DNA from: Eledone cirrhosa
Lineage: Eukaryota
Assembly (NCBI GenBank): GCA_964016885.1
Contig: OZ024742.1
Coordinates: 23,684,001 to 23,748,000, forward strand
Direction of reading: 5' to 3'
Length of the DNA: 64,000 nt
The translations under genes and the position numbers were made by a program. The notes beneath the pieces were generated by a model that was not told the DNA's origin, did no database searches, and worked only from the letters and a program-made list of their open reading frames with translations. Shown here one piece after another: positions 40,079 through 55,235 of this stretch (positions within the stretch are counted from its first letter, which is position 1; every line of letters starts with the position of its first letter).

Positions 40079-41085
40079 TATGATAATAATGGAGCTGCGG
40101 CGTTGCAAATGGGTTACATATGAAAAACTAAGTCCTTCATCAGTGACCCTCCAACCGTCCTAGGTATTTCATCGCTTTAAGGGCCATATACCTCAGGTTG
40201 GTGCGAACCAGGTTTGATGGTCTTTATTCTCTCGTTCAAGATTTCACCGAGTTTATATTCATAGAAATCTGGGACTTGTCTCTTTCTTCTCACTTTCTGT
40301 TGCTTAAACCATTTTGTTTGTTCACCCTAACGTTCTCTTTATTTACGTGTCCCAACGACTTTTTTTAGCCGTTGTTCGCACCAACCTGAGGTATATGGCC
40401 CTTAAAGCGATGAAATGCCTAGGACGGTTGGAGGGTCACTGATGAAGGACTTAGTTTTTCATATGTAACCCATTTGCAACGCCGCAGCTCCATTATTATC
40501 ATATTTACACATATATTTTTTCCTCTGCTGCCACCTGTCTGTTTCGTTCTTTGTATCTTTACCCTTTCTAGCAGTCTCTCTCTCTGTTAGCCTCTTCCTA
40601 ACTTTCACTCATTCATTCTCTGTCACTACCTCTCCTCCTCCTCCTCTTTCTTCCCGTTTGAGCTGTCCGAATTCTTTTCTCGCGTGCTCTTGGCCAAGCC
40701 GGTATGAATTTTTTTTCTCTCTCTCTCTCTCTCGTCTGCGACTTCACAGAACTTATGTTTACCGAATTCGCAGACCAGACCCCTTCTTCTTCCCCCGATA
40801 GACCTGTGCGAAATTCCTTCCTTGCTCACATTTCAACCAGGTTTGATGGTCTTTATTCTCTCGTTCACGACTTCACCGAGTTTATATTCATAGAAATCTG
40901 GGACTTGTCTCTTTCTTCTCACTTTCTGTTGCTTAAACCATTTTGTTTGTTCACCCTAACGTTCTCTTTATTTACGTGTCCCAACGACTTTTTTTAGCCG
41001 TTGTTCGCACCAACCTGAGGTATATGGCCCTTAAAGCGATGAAATACCTAGGACGGTTGGAGGGTCACTGATGAAGGACTTACTT

Positions 41086-41093
<8 letters not shown>
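40079..41093 (+). mobile_element. Non-coding 629-bp-unit element in (TA)n with 5' inverted segment and 259-bp direct repeat (Penelope-like insertion architecture)
   Basis: 40079-40208 is the reverse complement of 40374-40503. 40206-40464 is repeated at 40835-41093. Confidence 0.85.
40381..40455 (+). ncRNA. Candidate non-circularly permuted (pseudoknotted) hammerhead ribozyme; further copies at 41010-41084 (+) and 40127-40201 (-)
   Basis: ccaacc tg aggta-TA-tggccct-taaagcgat-GAAA-t(a/g)cct aggac ggttgg-agggtca-CTGATGA-agga. Confidence 0.65.
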
Positions 41094-41122
<29 letters not shown>

Positions 41123-41156
41123 AAAGAACACAAGAGCGTCTACAACATCAAAAGAT

Positions 41157-41216
41157 TTTTATTGGCTTACAATGTTTCTTCCTTACGTAACCGTAGGATT
41201 CGTCAGAGCTATAAAA
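41157..41216 (-). ncRNA. Type I hammerhead ribozyme in a ~330-bp element (41120-41445) between (TA)n and (CA)n/(TA)n
   Basis: Minus strand: ttttatagct-CTGACGA-a tcc tacg(gtta)cgta a gga a-GAAA-c(att)g-TA-agccaataaaa. Confidence 0.75.
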
Positions 41217-41442
41217 GGGGTTTGATTGGTGTTATGGACTCACCAACCAAACATTCAAGAACAAAGAGTAAAGAGAGTAAAGAGCAAAAGAAGGGGACGA
41301 TAAGTCTAATTTTGGTGCGGGAGGGTGGGGTATGGGTCCTTGTTTACTAGCTGCGGTCATATTCATTCCTGGGAGTCGAGTGGTTAGCTGAACCATAGAT
41401 GGGGTGGCGTCGATAGTATGGTGCAGAGGGTGTGCAGAGGCT

Positions 41443-41582
<140 letters not shown>

Positions 41583-41584
41583 AT

Positions 41585-42025
41585 GAAAAAAAATAGACCA
41601 AGAGATTAAATGTCCTCATCAGTAGTCTGCTGATAATCGTTGGTATTTCTTCACATTAAAGACTAGATACCTAAAATCAGTGCGTGCGATAACTCAATTA
41701 AGTTATCGGGACAGTGGGAAAACAGAGGGACGGAAACAAAAGATGATAGTAATGCAACGTAAAGAGAGGAAAAGAGAGATAAGTCAATGAATCCTGTGGG
41801 CTTAAGTCCGACAAATCAAATTGACGAGAAGAAATAGACACGTCCGAGCCGCGAGAAGATGGAGAGAGGAAAGAAATTCAAGCAGGTCAGACGGGAGGAA
41901 GTGAGAGAGGGGGAGAAGCAGAGAGGGAGTGAGTGAAAGTGTGAGGAAAGGGCCAGCCGAGAGTGAGTGACCAACAGTTGGAGTTGAGGAAGGCAAGAGG
42001 TGAAGGATATATAGAGAGAGATGCA
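41585..42025 (-). mobile_element. Diverged relative of the 40079-41093 element
   Basis: Collinear blocks on the minus strand: tcccgtctgacctg, ttctcgcg, gacttatctct, tgtccc + hairpin + cgcac + rearranged hammerhead + tttttcata. Confidence 0.7.
41605..41684 (-). ncRNA. Candidate non-circularly permuted hammerhead ribozyme (diverged homolog)
   Basis: Minus strand: ctgat ttta ggta-TC-tagtct-ttaatgtgaa-GAAA-tacc aacgatt atcag c-agacta-CTGATGA-ggacatt. Confidence 0.65.
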
Positions 42026-42261
42026 TTTAATTGTATCTCATATAAAATAATACACCCGGCTCTCCCCAAAATACGTATAGTTAGCACCCCAAACGTATAA
42101 TTATGATTACTATGGTATATCCTAATGTTTGTTGAGTGAGACGGAGGTCGGTCGGAGTATTGCTTAAAGCTTTCTTTGTTAATGTATTAAATATATATAT
42201 ATATGTTGAATGAACACTTTCTTGTTCACAAGTGTTTTTTAGGCATCATATCATGTTACCT

Positions 42262-42332
42262 TATTTTATCTGATGAGAACGCAACTATCGTCCCAGGATG
42301 ATATTTGTTTTTGAAATGCGCATAATAAAATA
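42262..42332 (+). ncRNA. Type I hammerhead ribozyme
   Basis: tattttat-CTGATGA-gaacgcaac tatcgtc(ccag)gatgata tttgttttt-GAAA-t(gcgc)a-TA-ataaaata. Perfect 8-bp stem I, palindromic TGCGCA stem III. Confidence 0.85.
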
Positions 42333-42365
42333 TATGGAATTATTTTAACCATCTTTTAATTTCTT

Positions 42366-42534
<169 letters not shown>

Positions 42535-43054
42535 TTAGATGGATAGAAACTATATGTATAATATTCGTATCGTACACATATAGGGATCATGTTATACGGA
42601 TAAGTAAGGAAACATCACAAAATATAAAGGATAACTATAAATAGATCATCAGCATCTTCCCCGTCATCATCATCATCATCATCGCCGTCGTTATCATATA
42701 TGTGTTTTATCTATAAATATAACATTATCGAATCGTTTATTTTTAAACTCATATTTTTACTAATAACGTTCATGAATTTTAATTTCGTCTCCAATTGTGT
42801 TTACAATTTCATTTCCGCCTTGAATTCTGAGATAAATTCCCAGGTTTTGCTCCTTAAAAACGTTTTGTTATATTCCTGTATTGTTTAATAGAAATATATT
42901 CCTAGTTGTTGTAACAGCTATTTTCAGCTTCTATAGGATAACATTAACGTTAGCCTCTTGGTGTTAGACTTTATGGGAGTATTATCATAGTTAGAAAATC
43001 TTAAAAAATATCTATTGATAGAATGGTGACTTATTGTTGGTACAAAATTTACAC

Positions 43055-43365
43055 TTGTAGAACAATGAACACACTGTTGTGTTTGGTAGAACTGTGAACA
43101 TAGTATTGGTATAGGTATATCAGTGAACACACTGTTGTGTTTGGTAGAACTGTGAACATAGTATTGGTATAGGTATATCAGTGAACACATTGTGGGTTTT
43201 GGTAGAACAGTGAACAACGTACTGATATTGATAGACCAGTCAACACAATATTGGATATTGGTAGATCAATGAACAGTGATGGTATTGATAGATCAGTTAA
43301 TACAACGTTTGATATTGGTAGAATATTGAACACAACGTCGGGTATTGGTAGAATAGTGAGCACCA
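43055..43365. repeat. Degenerate ~29-bp minisatellite with 58-bp dimer (ttggtagaa..gtgaacac...)
   Basis: Exact 58-bp period between 43085 and 43143, then decaying units. Confidence 0.75.
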
Positions 43366-44627
43366 TGATAGTATACATAGAGTAGTGAAGAAAATGTTGA
43401 GTATTTAGAGAAGTTGAAGAGCTGCAGTCTACGAGATCATATAAGTTGGAGGATTGTTTGAAAGCGGAGAGGAAATATTCGTGTCGCGGAGGATTGCTTC
43501 GAAGCGAAGAAATTGGACGGTATGCAGGATAGACCATTGAAGTTGTAAGGTATTAGAAACAAAAGGGAAGGTAAGGGCAAGTGGTGAGGAAGTTGTGGGC
43601 TGAATTATTCTCAACGTTACAGGCTCAAAGATGGGTTTTGTTAGCAGTTTTCAGTGGGTAGCCGAGCTGCACAAAATGCAAAGCTAATATTAGGCTGGAG
43701 TGTGTCTCATAATCCTGAGCTTTTATACAAAAGCCACGAATACGAAGGAACTGTGGATAAGAGATGAAGGATTTCGAGTGGGTGGAATAGAGAGAGGCAA
43801 TGTTAATTTTGGGAGCAGAGGCCAGTAGGTTTGTAGAAAACAGGTAAAGAAAGAAAGAGAAAGTTTGGGGTAGTAGATGGTGACAGAGATGTCAAGGAAA
43901 TTAACAGAGGTTGAGATAGTGGAACGGATATCAAGTGCTGGATAGAAAGAATCAATAAAAGTGTGTTGCGGGGATTATTAATGATATAACATTAGAAAAT
44001 AATAAAGCTATATAAAGTAAAGCTATTTAGCCCTTTTCCTTACCATTTCTGAAGAATTCCTCGATAGTCAAGATGCTAACAATGTTATTAATTCCTATTA
44101 CCTGGAACCAGTTAGAATCTAATTATTCTAATTGCTTATCTCCAAAAATGTCTTCACATCTCCAAAGAAGAATTTTCTACCCTTTTTTAGTAGAGCTTCC
44201 CTTTTTACTCTCTGTCTCCCCTTTCCTCTCTCACTCTTTCTCTCTCCCACCTTTCCTCTCACTCTTTCTTCCTCTCCTAATCTCATACCCTCCCCCATCT
44301 CTATCCCCAATTATTATACTACACCGAGGAGTCCATTAATCAACAAAACATTGCTTTTAGTAATTACTGTTCCGGTGACATCAATGTGGAAACCACAACA
44401 ATAACAAACCAACAACAACCAGCCATCATCATGTGTTTTAGGGGAATATGTTTCATTCCAGTTAGAATAGTGTATGCAATGGAACTCCGTCAGTTTCGAT
44501 GATGTCTATTCCATTTCTTTGTTCAATGGAACAACTTGCTCACGAAATTAATATGTACGTGTCTGTGCATTGTACATACACGAATATTATTAATGTAATT
44601 CTCAGGAAGATTCGGTGTTACACATCA

Positions 44628-44830
44628 TGTGTCGAGGTTGGCCCCTTTCCATTAGAGATACTGTCCTTAAGGTGGGCTTCCAAATAGTTTCCATCAACCC
44701 ACTTTTACTTAGAAGGAGTGGGTTGACTTGACGCTGTTGTAAATGACACTTGCCCAAGATGCCAGGAGTCGTGATCAAGCCTGGGAACTGACGGTTACGT
44801 AATGAACTTTTTCCTCATTCGGCCATGCCC
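44628..44830 (-). mobile_element. tRNA-derived SINE (family C)
   Basis: gacacttgcccaagatgcc CORE-like block. Homologous to 14225-14432. Confidence 0.6.
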
Positions 44831-44900
44831 CTTTTATTTAATCCTGTGTGATAAAAACCCTCATTATTCTACGTTATGTATCCCTAATGGGGGGGGGGGG

Positions 44901-45078
44901 GGAATTGGCAGTATCGGTAGAGAGTCGAACATGCTTTCCAGCATAGTTACGTCCCTTTACGGTTTGAGTTCAAATCCCGTCGAGGTTAACTTTACCTTTC
45001 ATCCTTACGGGGTCGATAAAATAAAGTACCAGTAATGTACTGAGTAATTGCTGGCCTTGTGCCAAAAGTAGAAATAAT
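44901..45078 (+). mobile_element. SINE family A
   Basis: Full family A match. Confidence 0.9.
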
Positions 45079-45411
45079 TATGTATCCCTAATGTTTCCTC
45101 TTGTTAGTTTCACTCTAATTGAATTATTTACCATTTGTGTCTTCCTCTTCTACATCTATTTACCCTACTAAAACCTCCCTGAAATATATTCCATAAAAGA
45201 ACGGAATGGCTAATCTTTCAACAAATTTATTAGAATGATAATTTTAAAAAAAAGTGGAATTAATGCGAAGGATTATAAACAATATTTAAAGTGTATTTCA
45301 TATGCAGTACAATAAAAGTGAAATATTATTTCGATAAATCACTTTATTTATCCTTGTCTCTATCTGTCTGTGTGTGTATATATATATATATATATATACA
45401 CACACAGACAC

Positions 45412-45506
<95 letters not shown>

Positions 45507-45509
45507 AAT

Positions 45510-46050
<541 letters not shown>

Positions 46051-46168
46051 TTTATATATATATAAGGATTGGTGCTCTGAAATAACGATGTATATATCAA
46101 TGTATATATATATATATATCTACATACAAACATACAACATACATATATATATGAGGGGGGATGTATAT

Positions 46169-46230
<62 letters not shown>

Positions 46231-46234
<4 letters not shown>

Positions 46235-46452
46235 TAAACGGATAAGAGCAAACATCACGGACGCTCTATCTCAAAATTATTTTTGAAAAGCATTTAGAAA
46301 TGCGCAACCGGTAAAACTTAAAACCAAAACTGAATACTAACCAATACAATTACTAATTCTCATTTATTCCTAATTAAACTATTTTTCACTGTGAACAATT
46401 TGTCAGCATTTTTTATTCCGTTTACCAATATATAATAACTTGTGTGTTACAC

Positions 46453-46455
<3 letters not shown>
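46231..46455 (+). mobile_element. (TA)n-embedded short element (same family as 49189-49589)
   Basis: gagcaaacatcacggacgctctatctcaaaattatttttgaaaagc...ttgtgtgttacacctct. The short 5' segment ggtaaacgga is inverted relative to tccgtttacc. Confidence 0.8.
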
Positions 46456-46485
<30 letters not shown>

Positions 46486-46657
46486 AGCAGAGACATTTAT
46501 GACATCATATATCATTACATAAGTTACCCTAATGGTATATTTGGCGGTGTTTTATAGGGTATAATTTTACCGTAAAAAATTAGGATGAAAACATTTTATG
46601 CAAGCCCCTTAATTTCTTTATAGTTTTTGATATATTCCAGTCCTCTATCAACCATAG

Positions 46658-46925
46658 GTGCAGGCACGTGTAATAGTGGTAAGGATGTTGGACATGCATT
46701 CATAATGGCTTGGATTCGCTTTCTAGACAGAGTTGCGTGTTGTGTTCTTGAGCAAAACACTTCATTCCACGTTGCTGAAAATGAGTATCAACAGCTGGGG
46801 TGTTTAACGCTGGGATGGACTGGTGTCCTGTCCAGGGGTGTGGCAGTCCTGTACTCTCAGTCACTTAATGCCAAGGAAACCGGGATAACCACCAAACTGA
46901 TGAGTATTCGATCACGACATAAACC
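46658..46925 (+). mobile_element. tRNA-derived CORE-like SINE (family B), diverged
   Basis: tgttgtgttcttgagcaaaacactt and downstream ggactggtgtcctgtccagggg. Confidence 0.6.
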
Positions 46926-47738
46926 TTAGATGTTTTTATATTTAGAATATCTTCATTATATACCCTTATTTTTCTTTGTTTTTGTTCAAATTTTAAAATT
47001 TTTGGTCACATAGGTTGTTAAATTTATATTCCTGAAAATCAAGGTAGGTACTTCCACATTCTTATTAGCCTTTGGCTGAATGATACAGTGTTTATTTAAG
47101 TTCTTTCTAATGATTCATGTTTCTGTGTGTGAGTGTTTTCTCTTCATATCTATTATTTTCTTACGCAGGTGGTTTCCTAATATGAACATTAGAACATATC
47201 AAAAATCAATAAATTTTATGAGTATGACTTCCATGCGTCGATGCTGTCAGTTTCTTTTTCTTTTCTTGTTTTTTTTTTTTGTGTATATGTTGTTGTTGTT
47301 TAATCATTGTTATTATTCCAGGTTTGTTAACTCTCAGAACTATACTGTTGTGGTTGCTTTTCAAAAACTGATATCATCTTCCGAGCTTGCTTCCAGTATC
47401 AACAAAGTATTTCATATGAGATAAACCATATATAAAATATGTTTTAGGTTGGCTTATTCGGTTCTTGTTTAGTAAATTCTTCTTTTTTTTCTTTTTTCTT
47501 AGTTTTTCCGGTTAAATTCACTTTTATTTTAACGTTGCTGTACAATGTATTTCAAATTTTGCGGACCGCTACGTTATAAACATCCATGATGTTATTCAAC
47601 TCGAGCCCATTATTATTGTGGTGGAGCTGGTAGTGGAGGTGGTTTGGTTGTGAGAAGGCGTGTGCTATTGGTGATGGTGAGGTTGTCATCATTTTTTTTG
47701 TTGTTATAATTTTTGTTATTTTATTTGTGGATTATGGT

Positions 47739-48688
47739 GGTGGATTGGCAGCATCAACATATAGTTGTATCCATTTACGTTCTGATTTCAAATCCCACCG
47801 TGGTTAACTTTGACTTTCATCCTTACAGGATTAATACAATAAAGTACCAGTAACACACTGAGTTTGATTTGATTGACTTTCAACCTTTGCCCCCAAATTG
47901 GTCTCCTTTTGCCTTAATATGCAGTAATGGTAGAGGGTTGGACACCATGCTTTGCTGTATAGTTATGTCCCTTTACGGTCTGAGTTCAAATCCCACCGAG
48001 GTTAACTTTGCCTTTCATCCTTAGGGGGTCGATAAAATAAAGTACCAGTAATACATTAGGATAAATGTTGGCCTTGTGCCAAAAGTAGAAACAATGATAT
48101 TGTTTGATTAGTATTATAGAATCGTAAGAACCTATGAGATATCCATTACTGTATTTGTTCTGCCACGCCACGTTCCGAATTCCTCTCCCACCAAAATCTA
48201 CTTTACTTATTATTCTGGGTTGATGGATAAACTACCACTCATCTATTGGGGTGGATAATATAGAATTTCATTTCCCCTAAAATAGACTGTCCTTGTACCT
48301 GAATATGAAAAAAACATGGATTGGCAGTATCGATAGAGCGTCGGACAACATGGTGTTATGATCCTTCACGTTCTGAGTTCAATTCACACCGACGTTACTT
48401 TATTCCTTTCATCCTTAGACGGATGATAAATTAAAGTACTAGTTATGCATTAGGTTCTCCCCAAAATGTGTTGGCCTTACGCCTAAATTAGAAATAAAAC
48501 ACGTGGATTGGCAGTATCGGTAGAGGGTCGGACGTCATGCTTTGCAGCAAAGAGTTACTGCCCTTTATGGTCTGAGTTCAAATCCCGCCGAGGTTAACTT
48601 TAAATTTCATCCTCACGGGGTCGATTAAATGAAGTACCAGTAATACACTGTGATAGTTGCTGGCCTTGTGCCAGAAGTAGAAACAATT
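47739..48688 (+). mobile_element. Cluster of four same-orientation SINE family A copies (about 47739, 47921, 48318, 48505)
   Basis: Four heads or bodies with ttcaaatcc/ttcatcct and aagtac(c/t)ag. Confidence 0.85.
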
Positions 48689-48992
48689 GTTATGCTAAAT
48701 CACTAAGTATATGTTTTGTGGTTCTAAAGATTTGGTGTTTTGTTGTTGCTTTCATTTTACTTGATCAGCTATTCTGACTATTATCACCATAGTCTTAAAC
48801 ATTATCAACATCATCACCATTATCTAGGTCATCATAGTTATCATCAACATCACCATCATAATTATCATCATCTTCAATATCTCCATCACCGTGATCTGTG
48901 CCATTTTTGTCACCATTCTTCGTTACACAATCTCAATATTTTTAGACATTCTAATATATTCCGAATAAAATTCATTATATATGCATATATAT

Positions 48993-49151
<159 letters not shown>

Positions 49152-49188
49152 TGTATATATAGATATACATATATATATTTAAAAGAAT

Positions 49189-49589
49189 AGAGGTGTAACA
49201 CACAAGTTAAGATATATTGGTGAACGGAAAAGAAAATGCTGACAAATTGTTCACGGTGAAAAATAGTTTAATTAGGAATAAGTGAGAATTAGTAATAGTA
49301 TTCATTAGTATTCAGTTTTGGTTTTAAGTTTTACCGGTTGCGCATTTCTAAATGCTTTTCAAAAATAATTTTGAGCTAGAGCGTCCGTGATGTTTGCTCT
49401 GATCTGAGCAAACATCACGGACGCTCTATCTCAAAATTATTTTTGAAAAGCATTAGAAATGCGCAACCGGTAAAACTTAAAACCAAAACTGAATACTAAC
49501 CAATACTATTACTAATTCTCACTTATTCCTAATTAAACTATTTTTCACTGTGAACAATTTGTCAGCATTTTCTTTTCCGTTTGCCAATA
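49189..49589. mobile_element. Fold-back element (palindrome about 49215-49589, centre gctctgatctgagc about 49402)
   Basis: About 185-bp arms. Same sequence as 46246-46455. Confidence 0.85.
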
Positions 49590-49638
49590 GATATATATAT
49601 ATATACATATATATATACATATATATATACATATATAT

Positions 49639-49687
<49 letters not shown>

Positions 49688-49688
<1 letters not shown>

Positions 49689-50103
49689 GGTGGCTGCCAA
49701 CTCGTTTTCGAGTACGGCCAATACTTTATATCCATGTAGGAGAACCCCTACCGATGCACTGAACGAGTGTGACTTTTTAGTCCAGCCAGCGACTTAAAAA
49801 CTCTGGTACAAACACTACACTTGTGACAATTATTGACACATAGTGCTGGGCCCATGGTACCATGTGACGGGAAGTGCAGAGAGATCTCCTGATATAAAGC
49901 AATGCCTGTGCCGTGAAGCTTTTATAGTGAGCAAAGGCACTGCACAAAGCCAGTCCCACTCTCTTAACCAAGATGATATTTACCAAAAAGAAGAACAAGT
50001 CAACATCATTGGATACCATCAGAGTTGCAGGTGCTATATCAGAGTTTTCGTTCTCCTAGAATTCTGCCTTGACCAAGGCTAAGGGGTCATCTCTCCCGGA
50101 GAT
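49688..50103. repeat. (TA)n-embedded dispersed repeat; 49947-50103 is repeated inverted at 63840-63996
   Basis: Near-identical ~155-bp terminal segment (tctccgggagagatgacccc...). Confidence 0.8.
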
Positions 50104-50141
50104 ATATATATATATATACATACATACATTTATATAAATAT

Positions 50142-50207
<66 letters not shown>

Positions 50208-50296
50208 ATATATATATATAGGGTGCTCTATGTAGGTAACAGAGCTTAATAGTTATGTAATAGTAATAAACATTCTACATATCTATATATATATGC

Positions 50297-50329
<33 letters not shown>

Positions 50330-50356
50330 TACATACATATATACATATATATATAC

Positions 50357-50403
<47 letters not shown>

Positions 50404-50406
<3 letters not shown>

Positions 50407-50586
50407 AAAAAAGATGAAATCGAAAATGCATCTGGAGTCTTATTTTTAAAAAAAATATATATATATATTTTTTTTTTAAATAAGACTCCAGTTGCATTTT
50501 CGATTTCATCTCTTTTTCTTTATACTTTCACTCGTGTAGGACACCTCGGTTATTTTTCATTTTGTAAAAAAAACCTCACTTTCTAA
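50404..50586. mobile_element. Short fold-back copy of the 38667 family (palindrome 50404-50521)
   Basis: agatgaaatcgaaaatgca..ggagtcttatt (TA)n aataagactccagttgcattttcgatttcatct. Confidence 0.8.
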
Positions 50587-50605
50587 TATATATATATATA
50601 TATAT

Positions 50606-50684
<79 letters not shown>

Positions 50685-50727
50685 TATACATATATACATA
50701 TATATCCATACATACATACATATAAGC

Positions 50728-50830
<103 letters not shown>

Positions 50831-51069
50831 TATATATATATATATATATATACGCGTGTATGCGAATACATGAATATGTGTATGTATGTAGAGTAAGGAA
50901 GAGAATGGCCAATAGGGAATATAATATTTTATGAACTCGCATAAATAGTGATATATATATATATATTTACATAGACACATAGCTAGACACACATACCCCC
51001 CCCCCCCCACACACATATATATATATATATATATTTACATAGACACATACATACACACACATACACACA

Positions 51070-51120
<51 letters not shown>

Positions 51121-51240
51121 TTATATATATATACACACGTGCGTATGTTTATTGTTTATATGTATGTCTACGTCTGTTAAAAGAACAAATTTATTGTTTA
51201 CACATTTAGAAATTATGTTTGAAAAGTGTGTGCGTATGTA

Positions 51241-51326
<86 letters not shown>

Positions 51327-51953
51327 GTGCGAGAGTAAAGAGGGAGAGAGATAGAGGGGGGGGATAGATAGTCAGAAAGATTTACCACATATAAATGAAT
51401 CACAGTTATAACACGGCCGACAACAACAACAACAACAACACCAACTACAATTCTGCCAGCAACAACAATAACAGCATCAAAATAATCACTGATTAAAGAT
51501 TCTTCTATATTGGTAAGTAAATATATTTTGTTTCTTCAGAGAAAATCTCAAATTTCTTAGATTCTTTTCATATGAGGTTGGTGTGTAGACGGTGAATGGT
51601 CTAAATTGTATGTAAGTATAATGGATAAAAAATAGAATTACTGTTGGATGCAATTTATCAATATATATACCATATTTACCTAAAAGTTTTTCAAAGATTT
51701 TCCCCTACATCCACGCACGGCACCGCCACACCATTTCTTGTCAGACTGAAGGCGATATGAAGAAAATTGGAAATAACAGAAATTCCTCATACGAGGTTTG
51801 ATCTGAAATTCTAGTAAATTATTTTCGTCAAATTAAGTAAGTGTGCGTATATATGTGCGCGTATATGTATACCTGTGTGTGTGTTAATGTGTGTATATAT
51901 GTATATATGTGTTTGTGTGTGTATGTATATATATGTGTGTGTGTGTGTGTATG

Positions 51954-51985
<32 letters not shown>

Positions 51986-52293
51986 CATATGCAAGTATGT
52001 GTGTTTATATGCATGTGATTCTATGTGAGAGCCATGTGGAAATAATCTAAAACCATTATTGAATAATAAATAAGACTGAAGATAACAAATATTTTACTCT
52101 TTAATATACAAGTATATAATACATACACACACACTGACACATACACACACATATATATAAATATATATATATACATGTATATATATATACATATATATAC
52201 ACATATATATGCTTATATATATACATGTATATATATATATATGCACCCATATATATGCATATATATTTATATATATATATATTAGGTATATAT

Positions 52294-52443
<150 letters not shown>

Positions 52444-52444
52444 G

Positions 52445-52496
<52 letters not shown>

Positions 52497-52594
52497 TGTG
52501 TGTACATAGCAATAGAATATGAAAACAATAAATGAGCAAATAACGGGAATAAAACAACTAGAATAAATTATATATATATGCATATATATATATT

Positions 52595-52629
<35 letters not shown>

Positions 52630-53081
52630 TTATATATATATATATATTTACACATGTATGTGTTTGTAGGTATACGATATATAATATAATGTATGAAATT
52701 GAAAAACATCTATATGGATATGTATGTACTAAGAAGGAAAATTATGGCTAATCATAGAAACATAGAAACTTTTGCCCTGTTGGAAAGAAGGACCAGAGAA
52801 TTTCATAGATATAAAACTATTGGAATTATTATAATTACCAAGTTCAATGCATTCATTTACATTGGAATTATTATTTCTTGAAGGATGAGAGAGGAACTAA
52901 TGCATTTATAAAGTATATGCATTCTAATAGGAAAGCATAAGTACATTTACATATATATATATTTGTGTGAGTGCATATCTGTGTGAGTGTATATATATAT
53001 ATATATTTATGTATATGCATGTGTGTGTAGATATATGTATATACAAAAATGTATATATATATATATATATATAAGTGCGTG

Positions 53082-53157
<76 letters not shown>

Positions 53158-53451
53158 GTGAATAAATCACAAACATCTAGAAAACACATGGAATCTGGAT
53201 TTTCGTCATCGCACCAAGAATTTCCATATTTTCAAAATAGATATATTAAAAATCATTATTAGAATACAGAAATATCAACAATATTAAATACACACTTATA
53301 TACATATAAGTATATATACATACACACACACACGCACAGACAAACACATACACACAAACACACTCACATATATATATATATAATATATATATATATATAT
53401 AAATATTTGTATAGGTATATATGTATATATATATATATATATATACATATA

Positions 53452-53499
<48 letters not shown>

Positions 53500-53549
53500 C
53501 ACATATGTATATATTTATACATACACACGCATAAATATTTATATATAAT

Positions 53550-53588
<39 letters not shown>

Positions 53589-53714
53589 GATATACAATAT
53601 ATATATATATAATAATAAAATATATACGTATATATATGTACATATTAATATATATAATAATATATATGTATGTATGTGTATATATATATATATACAATAT
53701 ATATATATATATAT

Positions 53715-53836
<122 letters not shown>

Positions 53837-54244
53837 CGTATGTATATTTATATTCATATATACATATATACATATTCATATTCATATGTATATATACATG
53901 TATGTCTGTATGCATATGAATTGTTTATTAAATTGCTACTTCAAAGAGTAAATCTTTCTATCCATATTCCATGACTGTGAATTATCCTCAACAAGATCTA
54001 AACAATTATTTCTATATTTATATATTTTTTTGTCTCTTTTGATACGTTTTGTTGTTGTTGGTGTTGTTATTGTAGTTTTTGTTATTGCTTTGTTGTTGTT
54101 ATTGTTATTGCTCTGTTTTATTATTGAAGTGTTTTGTAAATTCAGAATGAGACCTAAGATATTCTGAACTGGACGTAATGATATTTTCTGCTTACGTGTT
54201 CATATATTGTTACTACTACTGTCCATTTGATGTTGTTGTTGTTG

Positions 54245-54749
54245 GTCATGATGACGATGACAATGATGAAAGTGAAGATAGTGAGGAAGATGATGGTGGT
54301 GTTACTGATGATGGGATGACGATTATGATGATGAAGGCAACATGATGATGATGATCTTGACGATGAAGATGAAAATATTGGTGATGGCGATGATGATCAT
54401 CATCATTGTTATAATCATGATGATGTTGGTGACGACGATTGCAACAGGTGAAGGCACATAGCTTAGTGGTTAGAGCATTGGGCTTGCAATCGAAAGGTTG
54501 TGAATTCAATTCTCGGACCGAGTGATGTGTTGTGTCCTTGAGCAAGACACTTTATTTCACATTGCTCCAGTTTACTCAGCTGTAGAAATGAGATGATAGG
54601 GACTGGGGTCCCTATCATTACATTCACTACAACGAGATATACCTTGGAGGAGGCCAGCTAAACCTTCATAGGTGTGAGCTGGCACACACAACACGGACGA
54701 CAGTGGTGATGACGATGCTCATGTATATGATGATGATGCCAACTAGGAC

Positions 54750-54780
<31 letters not shown>

Positions 54781-55060
54781 ATGATGATGATGATTATGAT
54801 GATGATGATGAAGATAGTGATGAAGATGATGATGATGATGATATTCATAATGATGTTGATGACGACGAAAGCAACACAGACAGCTAATGATAACAGTGAT
54901 GAGCTGAGGGATGATGATGACGTTGATGATGATGATGAGGCAGAGGCTGGTGACTATGATAACGATGATGCCGAGGCGGAGGATGTGGATGGAGTATGGT
55001 GACAATGATGACGATGATAATGGTGACAACAGCGGTTGTGATGTTGGTGGTTATGATGAT
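54245..55060. repeat. Degenerate (GAT)n tract interrupted by a SINE
   Basis: Direct reading. Confidence 0.85.
54452..54690 (+). mobile_element. tRNA-derived CORE-like SINE (family B)
   Basis: A box gcttagtggttagagc, B box gaattcaattc, CORE-like tgttgtgtccttgagcaagacactt. Confidence 0.8.
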
Positions 55061-55235
55061 ATACTATATACGTCTTAACTTACCTTTGTCTGCAATGATC
55101 GTACTAGTGTGACTTCAATACATCCAAATCTTGGTACCATCACCATTCCACTCATTCCCAACCCTACTAGCTTAGAAACTAAACCTTTGAAAACCTTTAA
55201 GTCCCTATATCACTACAATTAGTCCTATAAAAGAA

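Noticed and set aside
43380-44000. Purine-rich stretch possibly a decayed LINE on the minus strand
   Set aside because: No motif could be read with confidence.
51405-51545. Possible host exon (G|GTAAGT at about 51512, polypyrimidine-CAG at about 51539)
   Set aside because: Isolated splice-like motifs with no supportable reading frame. Would need RNA-seq.
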